This document shows positions 11,380 to 21,632 of a stretch of 39,480 nucleotides of DNA, piece after piece. The notes beneath the pieces are model-generated. The model ran no database searches, had not been told where the DNA came from, and worked only from the letters and a program-made list of their open reading frames with translations. This stretch comes from Catajapyx aquilonaris (lineage: Eukaryota). The stretch spans positions 1 to 39,480 of the forward strand of contig JYFJ02003621.1 of NCBI GenBank assembly GCA_000934665.2. The letters are read 5' to 3'. How positions within the stretch are numbered: position 1 is the first letter of the stretch; each line of letters opens with the position of its first letter. The translations under genes and the position numbers were made by a program.

Positions 11380-11656
11380 CAGTGTTGGCCATTAATCGCT
11401 TCATACTGGTTGCGACATTTTCTGTGCGGAAGAAGTGCAAATCGAAGTGATAGAGTGTGAGCCGTGCGAGTAAGAAGAGGTAGGCCTTGAGTGACGTCAC
11501 CGACTGGGGGGCAATTGAGCCCCCCCATCAGCCAGTGACGTCACCCAAAGGCTACTATTTCTTACTCGCACGGCTCGCACTCTATCACTTCGATTTGCAC
11601 GTCTGCCGCATCGGAAAATGTCGCTAGCAGTATGACGGAATTAATGTCCAGCACTG
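11380..11656. mobile_element. Palindromic Tc1/mariner-type MITE
   Basis: TA|CAGTGTTGG...CCAGCACTG|TA. The whole element is an imperfect palindrome centred on GGGGGGCAATTGAGCCCCCCC. Confidence 0.88.
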
Positions 11657-14600
11657 TACAGTATCTGATTTTGGGGAGTGTTGCACTACATGGACCTCTT
11701 TCAGCAATGGTTGTTGGCATAGTTAATGTACCGTTTAGTTTGTACAGTAGTATACTGTACAGTTCGTAGTGTCATAGCCCCAGACACTGACAAAGGTTTA
11801 ATCCATTTTAACTGCACAGGAACACACTCAATAGTCAGAGGTAAAAGGCAATCAAGAATTTGGATTCGTTTAATGCCAATTTTGAATAGAACTTTTCGGC
11901 CACACAGATACACAATGCCACACTTGAATAGAGACCGCATACGTGTCAGAAACCTTTCACATTATGTTATGTAACAACCTCATGACTATAGGGGAAATGA
12001 TGATTTGTGACAATATTGACATTGTATAAATTGCACCACATTCTGGTTCTAAACGTGACTGACTCCATTTTCTCTTCGAGGCCCCCTTCATCAATTTTGT
12101 TTATTGAGAGCCCGAGCCAGCTCGTTCTAACCCAGCATACATTTTTCATTGGACATCCCACCGACCTCGACTGCGTCTTCTCCATGACTCCATCAACGTC
12201 AGGTGGGAAAGACAGGCTTCCTCTGAAGTTATTGACTTTAGGCTGGAAGACTGCTCCAGTTCCACAATCCTTTTCCAAGAACAATGGCCGCGGAGGAAAC
12301 TGGAGAATCTATTCCGCTATTTCCTCCATTGGCTTCTTTAACGGCGAATCTAGGCCGCCCAGACTGGTCACCGGTAGATTGAGAGATAATATTCCAACTG
12401 AAATGGTTCTACATCATGGATGAGTGGGTGGACCACACGTCGCCTTTGGAACCCTGGAGAACTTTTCTTTTTTATATACGTGCCATTGCTCCGTCTGAGA
12501 TCTTGTCCATGCTATTAAATCACCCATCGCAGGAACAGAGCCGGTGCAGCATATGGGCTTTACTACTTTTGGCAGATCTTGCATATAGCCAATGCTGAGA
12601 ACTGTACTGATTGGCTCAGTGAAGGTTTATTACCTGCCTTCCTGATGGAAACACTGTCTCCCTCGTTCGTAAATTATTTTTCTGTGAATCCGAATTCTAA
12701 CAGCTATTTCGTTAGTATAGAGGGGGCCAAATATGACTGCTGGTGCAAGCCACACAGCAGCTGCTGACTCCGGAACGCGCTCTGGCTTGCAAGCTCGGAA
12801 TTTAAATGTGATTGATCAAAAAGTATGGACATTACATTTGAGCTCCCTCCTCTATCTAGCTCTAGAATATCCACATTAATTGATCCACCATTTAAAAACT
12901 AGCTAGAACCAAAAATGGCTGTTTTTTCCACGCAAAAAATTAGGCCCGACTTGTTGGTGACCTCTGCAAGCAAGCTGAGTCGCAAATTGCAAGACACGCT
13001 TCTGTGAAGCCTCATTAGTCCGGTTCAGAATGAGGAGGTGCCTATTTGTTAGCGGGACTAAATCACGGCTTTTCACACAGAGCTTCGTAATGAACGACTC
13101 AGCTGTAACAATTCCCCTTAATTAATACCCACTGTCGCTCGCTCTGCAATGCAAATAGGAACCGCGTCGGTTGTGGCATAGGCTGTGCGGCGGATAGGCC
13201 TGTTATGCCCGTGTATAGTGCACTGTAGTTCATTTCGTCGAAGCTGGGTGATCCAGTTTTGTAGGTTTAGGTTTTTGTAGTGATTACAGGTCAACAGCGG
13301 TTCAATATGGTTGTAACCGTATTAGTACACTAGTGTCCAACAAGCTTTTATGTCAGCTCTGTACAATACATGTAATCCAACGTGGGTCGTGCCATCACCT
13401 GGAGAATTAGTGCTGGGTGGTGTCCAGGAAAAGTTGGAACCGCAGTGTTTGCCTCTGGCAATGAGAGGTGCAAATGTAAAGCTTGCCGCTTGCTGTGTGT
13501 CCAGTATAATTCGGATACAACATCCTCTCAAATGGGGGTGTAGAGAAACAGCCTTCGGCATGTGTCACGAACTGGGGAGGTATAGGCATGTGTATGGTCA
13601 AATGGCATTTTGGGCTTTCGTCCGATGTTTCATGGGAGCAATTTTACTATCCAGGTCGAAGTGATAAACAAGCCGACTTGGTTCAGTTGACTGGATGACA
13701 CGATGTGCTAAGCACAAAAGGCAAGGCTAATGGAAATTGCGGGGCGATTTTTCGAGACACTGGAGACGTCGTCAACCAGAATTCAGGATAAATCAGTCAG
13801 ACAGAAAAGGTGATGGGAGGCATATTTGGATAACATAAGGAGTCTTCTACAAAAAAAATCCACATTTTCCGACATTTTGCTGGAGGCAGATATTCAGGTG
13901 AGAACAGTATTTTACACCTATAATTTTTATGAGCATTTGCATAATACATGCTGGCGGGAATTTCATATGGTACGTTATATACTGTACTTGCCACGTTTAT
14001 ATTCTGGCAGTGTTGTAATCGTGTACAGTGTCTCGTTCGCCTGACTTATTTCCTTGACAAACAAATAGCTTCAAACAGAGTTTTCCAGGGTTATGATTTC
14101 ACAGTCCCACTAGCTACGTGTACTGGAGTGGCTGCAGTGATTCGTTCTCCACGAGTACTATTTAACTTCTGTTGACATATTAAGCCTGTCAAGAAGTCGC
14201 TATACAAGAGGCATGCATGGCTTGTAATGTGATTTTATCATCTTGTGACAGGAGATCTTATTGACTCTGTAAGCTCATGTAGGGTTTCTGCTTGTGGCTT
14301 ATCACAGAACTCAGACCAACTGATGATTTTGCATATACGTAGTGTCTGGTAAATAGCTATATTAGATAATCCCTACAGTAAAAATTGTGAATCGGATTAC
14401 TCTTTTTCACCTTCACAGATTATTTCTGCTTTGTCAGATTGGAAAGTGCAGGACTGAATGTTTTACGTGGCTGGTTTTTGAATCTGTAATTTTACTGAAT
14501 ATTATTAATTACAAATATCTCATTGGCCACTGGTGTACTCATCCTGTGCAAAAATTCACTGTAGGCCTACTGCACACCAGAGTGGCCAATTTTTTTTCTA

Positions 14601-15855
14601 AGTTACATCTAGTCCACATAACTCTATAGATTTTGCCCCAGTCAGTATTTCCCACCTGCAACCCAGAAACATTAAAAGTTAGATATAGGAAATTCCGTTA
14701 GAGGGACGAAGACATCCTAATTGTGCAGCTGGCAAGAAGCGTCTTCCTAGTTGGGAAAGTTGCGCAATTCCTCCCTTGAGGACCATCCCACCTTCCTTCA
14801 TAACTATCTCATGATGAGAATGAAGAGAAAACGATGGGGGAAGGAGAAAGATTGGGGAGATGTGGGGAAGTGCACTGGGGAGGTTGTTTGAAGACGCGAT
14901 GCCCTCTCGGTTGATTTCATTGACTCGTCAGCCTCAGACTAATAACCCTCTCTATCGACCTCTCCATCTGGAGCTAATCCCCCTCCTGATATGGCCAATT
15001 GGCATAAAGTAGTCGACGCGTCATTTTCTTAATGTGCCAGAAGATATTTCATTTGCCTACGATGATATATTATTATTAGTGGGGTGGCATCATTTTTTTG
15101 TTTTGTAAGCATGTCATACAGTATGTTACAGTGCAATAATTTATGATATAAGTATGACATTCAGCAGGTTATATTGCTGTGTGACCTCGGTCGGCTAGGG
15201 AGTGAGGGGACATATATACAGTAGCCCAGTTGGCTGTTTCCAAATCATGTCACATATATCACCTGGATGTCGCAATAAGCCAGGTAAGTATCCAGGGAAG
15301 GTGTGTATCATGCACTCTAAGAAGCAAAGCCCACTGGAGTAAGCTGACATATAGCATACGTGCACTAACTTCTCGAAATAATCATGGTGAGAGCATCCCC
15401 GAGGCTAGGTATTTACATATAAATATTGCCATTTTACAAATCAGTTTATAAATATGCATAGGTCAACTCCCTCATGTAATTAGGCGTGTCCCCAGCAAAT
15501 CACTCGTGTAATTTACTGCTGACCATAAAAATGGCCAATATTTAGTTCTTTTTATTTCCACCGTGACACCCACCAGTAAATGCTCTATTTATACAACAAC
15601 ACGACCAGTATGGTTGACCTTTCTGGAAACCTTTTCTTGTAAAAGCCCTCGCGGGACGTTTCGATTAGCTGCACTTATCCAGAGGCGAAGCGAGTTTTTC
15701 CTCGTAGAAGAGGGCATTTAGGATGAGCTATGGCGCTCGTAACAAATTTTTCACTTCTACGCCACCCAGAACGAGGGTGTTTCAATTTTTAATAGCACTG
15801 GGTTAGAGTGTAGGGGACGGGACCGAGAAGGGGTTTAGAACTGATGATTATCCAA

Positions 15856-15878
15856 CCCCCCCCCCCCNCCCCCCCCCC
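15856..15878. repeat. Poly-C tract containing an N
   Basis: C homopolymer with an ambiguous base at 15868; length uncertain. Confidence 0.9.
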
Positions 15879-16429
15879 TTTGGCCCTGGGATCTGGCGGA
15901 GGATTCATTGTGGAAAATTGGATGCAATGAATTGGTCCCTGGACGGGAATTTGTCCTATGGGCTCTAAGATATGGCGCACAGATTATTTTTTTTTTTTGT
16001 GGAAGCCAAAACGTTTTGAATAACATTGAGGTAACCTGTGCTCAGCTTCTTCAATTTTTTAAACGAAAGGTTTTCCGCTTCATTTTTTATCTGTATATCC
16101 GCTGAGAAATGGGGCGTGACGTTCTGCCAGGTATTTGCAGAGTTTCTGATTAAAGTTTGCTTTCAAGCCATGTCAAATTATTTTTTTCTCCCTCGAGTAC
16201 AATTTTTACTAGTCAATATTTGCATTCGAGTGTCTGGCATGTGCAGCAGCTCATCCAGGATCAGACGCTGCAACTGACAGCCTGCTTAATGAGAATGACT
16301 TGGAGCATTATTGTAACTAAAAGCATACCGAGGATACCACAGCCTTTTTCTAGTATTTCCTGGAGCCCTTTGTGGTTGCACTCAGGCACTCAAGCTTAAA
16401 CAATAATTTCTGAATAACAGTTATTATTA

Positions 16430-17111
16430 TCTAGATATATTACTAGCTGCGGCACCTGGCGTTGCCCGGGAAGAAATGAATGAAGGGAAAGCACCTGCTA
16501 GTACCCCCGTCAACTGTCTGTCTTTCTGTGTGTCCGCCCACCAATGCCATCTGTGGTCCTGCTACTCCAACACCTTCAACCTCTCCCGCCTGTATAACGG
16601 CAACCGTCATTTGCCTGCCATCTGTAGTCAACCCCCAACACCTCCATCCTCTCCCGGCCTGGGGGTGGAGCACAGATGGCAGGCAAATGACGGTTGGCAG
16701 GAGGACAGACAGACAGACAGGCAGAGAGACAGAGAGACAGAGAGACAGACTCACAAACGGCTTTATTTATATAGAAGATTAACTCGTGGAAACTCCTCCC
16801 GCACCGTACGGCCTACAGCGTTGGGAGTGGTCTCAAAATTTAGCCCGCGTTTTCTATATTTGCAAACAACTTTTGTTTTTTTTATGGAAAAAGTGCTGAG
16901 GGACTTTGTCAAATACAAAATACCCCAAAAATGTCAAAAAAAGCCGGCTCCACGGAATTACCATTTTCGGCGCTCGGCGCTCAGGGCGCCACCTCCTTGC
17001 TGGTGGCGACCTGGTGGCGACTTTACTTCTGCCCTTTATCCCACCCGCTCTCTGCTGCATTTACCACACTATCCACCTTTACTTTTGCCAAATTTTGTCA
17101 ACTGTACCCTA

Positions 17112-17112
<1 letters not shown>
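16430..17112 (+). mobile_element. Non-autonomous Helitron family H1, split by an H2 insertion
   Basis: 5' TCTAGATATATTA (16430-16442) plus TTAA after 16778 aligns with TCTATCTATATTATTAA at 7386. Body 16784-17112 matches 7413-7742. Hairpin TTGCCAAA-T-TTTGTCAA precedes CTAG|T. (TTA)n on both sides. Confidence 0.8.
16443..16778 (-). mobile_element. Non-autonomous Helitron, family H2
   Basis: Minus strand: A|TCTTCTATATAAATAAAG start, (CTGT/CTCTGT)n near the 5' end, hairpin CCCGGGCAACGCCAGG then CTAG|T. 3' end repeated at 39154. Confidence 0.88.

Positions 17113-17185
<73 letters not shown>
17113..17185. repeat. (TTA)n microsatellite
   Basis: Uninterrupted TTA array. Confidence 0.98.
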
Positions 17186-17186
<1 letters not shown>

Positions 17187-18227
17187 CTAGTTGAATCCAC
17201 ACCAGATGGTTTTCCTGGATTTTCTGAAAATACGCCGCTTGATTTCGTCCATTAATACAGTAATCCCTTTTGAGTGGACCGGAAGACATACGATCGCAGT
17301 TCGAGCTCGCTGCTTGATTCCTATCCGAGTTACAATTTGTACTCTGTAGCGGAATAACGGCTCTCGGAATAGTCGGAGATAAAATCCAATTGAGGAGGCC
17401 AACGAGAAGATTGGCTTAAAAAGTGTCATTAATGGGATCTCTTTTATGACCCGTTTCAATTACGCTTTATGTGCCTTTCGATACAAGGTAGGACGGTTCC
17501 GTGCGGTGGTTGTTATAAGACGCTTTTTTTTCAAGAGTTTTTTTTGTGGGGGGTGGGTGTGGGGTGGGCACCGTGACATTAGCGAATATTAGCTTAGGAT
17601 GCTTAACAAAATTGGTTGGGAGCGGACCTATGGCGTGGTCGATACTTTGCAGTCAGGGGGGTAGAAGGCATCAAGGCAGCTTCACCGCTTTTTTAATTGT
17701 GCGTGACAGGATGCCAGTCCAGTGCTGGAGCGATCATGTCTGCACCTAGCACTTGTCCCTCGGTGGGACCACGGATTTTCTGCATACTGGATGGTGGACA
17801 TGGCATAGAGTATAGGGAAGGGATGGCCAGCATGAGCTATTTAGGAGACTAGCAGTGTAACAGTCTACACAAAATTGTGCAAATGCACATTTTTTGTTGT
17901 GACTGATATTATCAATCAATGGATACAATTTGGTCGTGAATAAGTCAAATTGAGCATCTTGGTGATATTGTTGTTTGTATTGGTGAAAAAGCCTTAATGA
18001 GGCTAGGTGTTGGAGCCGACGTAATTAGCAACAAATGTACGGCTGTGCAGACTATCAGTGTTGTTGTAGCACTCTCAATTGCGTGTTACATCTAAAATTG
18101 CAGTGTAGCTTTTTATTTGGTAATTATACTGTGTACTGTACATTAGTACACTGGAGGCCATTCCTGACAGTATTTGCCTAATTTATTTGTAGGTCTATAT
18201 CATCAAGTACACGAGGAGGATCAAGTA

Positions 18228-18290
18228 CACGAGGATTAATTCTGAGTTGCATACAAATTATTTGTATGCAACTCAGAATTAATCCTCGTG
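18228..18290. mobile_element. 63-bp perfectly palindromic mini-MITE with TA flanks
   Basis: TA|CACGAGGATT...AATCCTCGTG|TA. With flanks, 35-bp perfect arms at 18224-18258 and 18260-18294 and a 1-nt spacer. Confidence 0.75.
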
Positions 18291-18326
18291 TACTGTATCC
18301 ATGCGTTTTTAGTTCCCTTCCTGCGA

Positions 18327-18570
18327 GGGTGGTACGGTGGCGTAGTTAACTTGTTAACTTCCAGTGAGGTCCGGAGTTCGATCCCCGTGTCGGAATTTCT
18401 CATGCGGGATGAGTTTCAATGGGAGCTCTCCATGATTGACTGGGTTTTCTCGGGGTTCTACCGTTTCCTCCCACAATCATCGCAGGTAATGAATAGTCGG
18501 ATGCTGGAAAACAAATTCTAAAAAGCCCCAGTAGGCCTACAACAGGGTATCCATTTATTATTAATAATAA
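18327..18570 (+). mobile_element. tRNA-derived SINE, family C (V-domain-like core)
   Basis: TGGCGTAG A-box-like motif, GAGTTCGATCCC B box, core GGGTTTTCTCGGGGTTCTACCGTTTCCTCCCAC resembling the V-SINE motif, AT-rich tail. No TSD found. Confidence 0.75.
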
Positions 18571-19527
18571 CAGCAGCATCAACCATTCCTTTTAATGGCC
18601 GGGGTATTTCTCATTACCCCCAAAAAACTTATTTTAACCGTATTTAACCCGTAATTACACAGATCTGGATAAAATACCCTTCCATACCGGTTACCGTCTC
18701 TAGAAACACCAGACTCACTTTCTGGCCCATCGCATTGCATTAGTGTTAACGTACATTTATACCAGTTATAGTAGAGGGGTATATCGAGTCCTATCAAATT
18801 CCAGAGCTGTATTCATTCAGTAATTGTTTCCGTGCAAGTTATCGATAAAGTGTTTATGACAGTGATCAATGCCGGGTATTATGCGATGCGATAACCGATG
18901 GATATCAGTTATTTTCCAATCAAAAATCCGCCCTCATTTCTTTGGGCAGCCAATTAAGACACTACAATTAAAAACTACAGTAAGGTAGACATTCCGCTGA
19001 AAATAAAGGAGACTCTTTACTTATGAAGCAAGCCATAACTTTCCTTCCTGCACATTCTGCTCATTGCGGCATCCCAGGCATACCCCCCAAATGAAGATGG
19101 ACAGGTGCAACAACCTGCACTTGGTCGCTTGCATATAATTGCGACAGAGCCGCCGAGGGAGGTAGGCACGTTTGGCCAAATTGATCTTCCAGGCTGTAAA
19201 TGAATGTGGCCTGGGTTGGCTCCCTCCCCCGCCTTCCCCTAGTCCCCCTGTATTTCATTGGGAGTGTTTCCCTATATACATTCGCCTGACCCGGAGACGT
19301 ATAAATCGTGAGACTGCATCTGTTCGCGTTACGTCCTGCCCGATCCCCGTGGCCTCTTCTGACGGAATCCTTATTTCGGCCGCCCTCCCTCTTCCCACCG
19401 ACGGAGATTTATACGCCCATGTTAAGTGGGTGGAGAGGAAGATTGGACCAACATCTTCCCCGGGCCCTCGTCAGCGGGATGGTTGAACTCAGCCCACCTT
19501 TCAAAAGCAAAATGGATTTTTGAATCC

Positions 19528-19897
19528 AGTGCACCCACACGAGGCGTTTAAAACGGAACGGAAAAAAACGCGACGTAAAAAGCGCGAACGAAAAAGCGCG
19601 AAGGAAAGAACGTCGCTCATTGTAAGTGTAACGAATCGGAGCATCCTACGCCACAAAACGCGACGGAATGAACGTTTTACGCTCTGAAAAAACGCGACGT
19701 AAAAGACGTCGCGTTTTTTAGAGCGTAAAACGTTCATTCCGTCGCGTTTTGTGGCCTGGATGCTCCGATTTGTTACACATGCAATGAGCGGCGTTTTTTC
19801 GTTCGCGTTTTTACGTCGCGTTTTTTCAGCGCGTAAAACCGTTCGGTCCCGTTTTGTGGCCTGGGATACTCCGATTCGTTACACTTACAATGAGCGT
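19528..19897. mobile_element. Foldback element with AAAACGCG/CGCGTTTT repeats, Harbinger-like MITE lacking a right terminus
   Basis: Left end GTGCACCCACACGAGGCG. Mirror centre near 19703 (AAAAAACGCGACGT-AAAAG-ACGTCGCGTTTTTT). The right arm repeats GTTTTGTGGCCTGG...CTCCGATT.GTTACAC...CAATGAGCG twice. Confidence 0.7.
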
Positions 19898-20386
19898 AAT
19901 TTTGACAAATATGTCGGACTATTACATATGTTTTGAGCTGCCATCTTCCGGTCCGGTGGTGAACTGGAAGACCTGGAATTCGACGAGATAAGCAAAACCA
20001 GGAGCACTGTTTTTGCAGTGGTAAGTTCGGAGCGGAAATATCTGGCAGGATTAATGCATTGTCATATGTTGTGCGAACTTTGTCAGGCCAGAGATAAAGG
20101 ACCGTTTCTGCTATTCTTGTCGCATTCAGGAAATCCGGCTTGCATACTGTGCATTTGTTGGAGTGCGATTTTGTAGTCCGCGTCCTAATCTGCCGCTGGG
20201 TGTAAGTGTCTCCTAAATTTAGCCGCGGTGTCAACTGCCTCGGTGGTCATGTGCTCTGTGTGTACTTGAATCGGGTGTACCTAGACTACGGGGGGAGACA
20301 AAACTTCCTTCATAACTATATTGATTGCGCCCACTAGTTGAGGTGTGGTGGAGTCAACACTTGGAAGCCTGCACTAATGCCAGGTA

Positions 20387-20526
20387 CTATGGGGCTCAAA
20401 TTGTTTTGGCCACTTTATCCTGATCTTGAAGCAACCCTTCACACACACACCTGCTCAACGTGGGGCCTGTGAGAAGGGTTGCTTCAAGACCAGGATAAAG
20501 TGGCCAAAACAATTTGAGCCCCATAG
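20387..20526. mobile_element. 140-bp hairpin MITE with TA TSD, copy 1
   Basis: TA|CTATGGGGCTCAAA...TTTGAGCCCCATAG|TA, about 52-bp near-perfect arms and a (CA)n-containing loop. Confidence 0.92.
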
Positions 20527-20765
20527 TACCCTCATCGCCTCATGCATGTAGGCTACAATGGCAATTAAACGCTGATTTCTGTGGCATATGTTATGTTAAA
20601 ATTATAGGGACAAATTATGCTGGTAAACAATGCAGTGAAAGGGAAGCTTTTATGACAGGGGCGAAATAGTAGTGTGTAATTAATTGATGAAATGTTAGGC
20701 AGTTCATCGCCAGAGTAGAGGAGTAGAGAGGACGAAAATTGCAAGAGTCCATAAGTAAATACTTA

Positions 20766-20907
20766 CTATGGGGCTCAAATTCTTTCGGTCACTTTATCCT
20801 GGTCTTGAAGCAACCCTTCACACACACACACCTGCTCAACGTGGGGCCTGTGCTAAGGGTTGCTTCAAGACCATGATAAACTGCCTAAAAGAATTTGAGC
20901 CCCATAG
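20766..20907. mobile_element. 142-bp hairpin MITE with TA TSD, copy 2
   Basis: Same termini, loop and orientation as 20387-20526 but different flanks. Confidence 0.92.
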
Positions 20908-20999
20908 TACACACGAACAAACATGAATTAAGAACCATGCTCAATTAATGCTGATAGGAAGTAACATGATGTCATTGAAAAGGAACAACAATAACACCA

Positions 21000-21245
21000 T
21001 TTGGTAGGTCGATACTTCAACCTCTTAAAGGGTCCCCCGACTTTATTATGCATCACCTTCATTCTTGGTGGATTTTGAGAGAGGGATGAGAGGAATAACA
21101 CTCCGAAGAAAACCGACTCAAAAGCAGATAAATCCCATTGAAATTCTTCTCACACAATAAATCCATCATCTACCGATCGGGTTACCTAACTCAGAACCTC
21201 AAAAGGCAGCTGAGTGTCTTAAACCACTGAGCCAGCATACTGTCC
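21000..21245 (-). mobile_element. Degenerate SINE, family C-like
   Basis: Minus strand: TGGCTCAGTGG A box, decayed B box, and TTTCAATGGGA...GGTTTTCTTCGG matching the 18327 copy. Confidence 0.6.
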
Positions 21246-21298
21246 ATGTAAACAAGTCGATCCCCGGATTTTTTTTTTTTTTTAGCCAGATTCTTTCA

Positions 21299-21632
21299 CA
21301 AGGGAACGACCAAGGTCAGTCGCCTCCGATTTGGTTGAAACTCGCTTGAGGGGTCACTCATGTGTGATAGACACTGTGGTGAAAGTCCTAGATGACACTG
21401 TCGAGCCGTTTCCGAGATATGAGCGATAGAAACATCCGAATTTTGTCCGCCCGACGCCTGTACGCGCCGCGCCGGTACGCACAGCCAAAATTCGGATTTT
21501 TTGGGTGCTCATATCTCGGAAACGGCTGGACAGTGTCATCTAGGACTTTCACCACAGTGTCTATCACACATGAGTGACCCCTCAAGCAAGTTTCAACCAA
21601 ATCGGAGGCGACCGACCTTGGTCGTTCCCTTG
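21299..21632. mobile_element. 334-bp palindromic MITE with 3-bp TSD (TCA)
   Basis: TCA|CAAGGGAACGACC...GGTCGTTCCCTTG|TCA, about 150-bp arms with few mismatches and a GC-rich centre. Confidence 0.93.

Noticed and set aside
13440..13510. Cys-rich peptide RCKCKACRLLC
   Set aside because: Too short, with no surrounding frame or complete CXC pattern.
16476..17255. Longest ORF (259 aa)
   Set aside because: It runs through two Helitrons and two microsatellites (RQTDRQ repeats, poly-Ile) and has no recognisable domain.
18598..18910. Possible degenerate hAT MITE ends (ACCGTCTCTA; TAGAGGGGTATATCG with CGAT motifs)
   Set aside because: Paired TIRs and TSDs could not be established.
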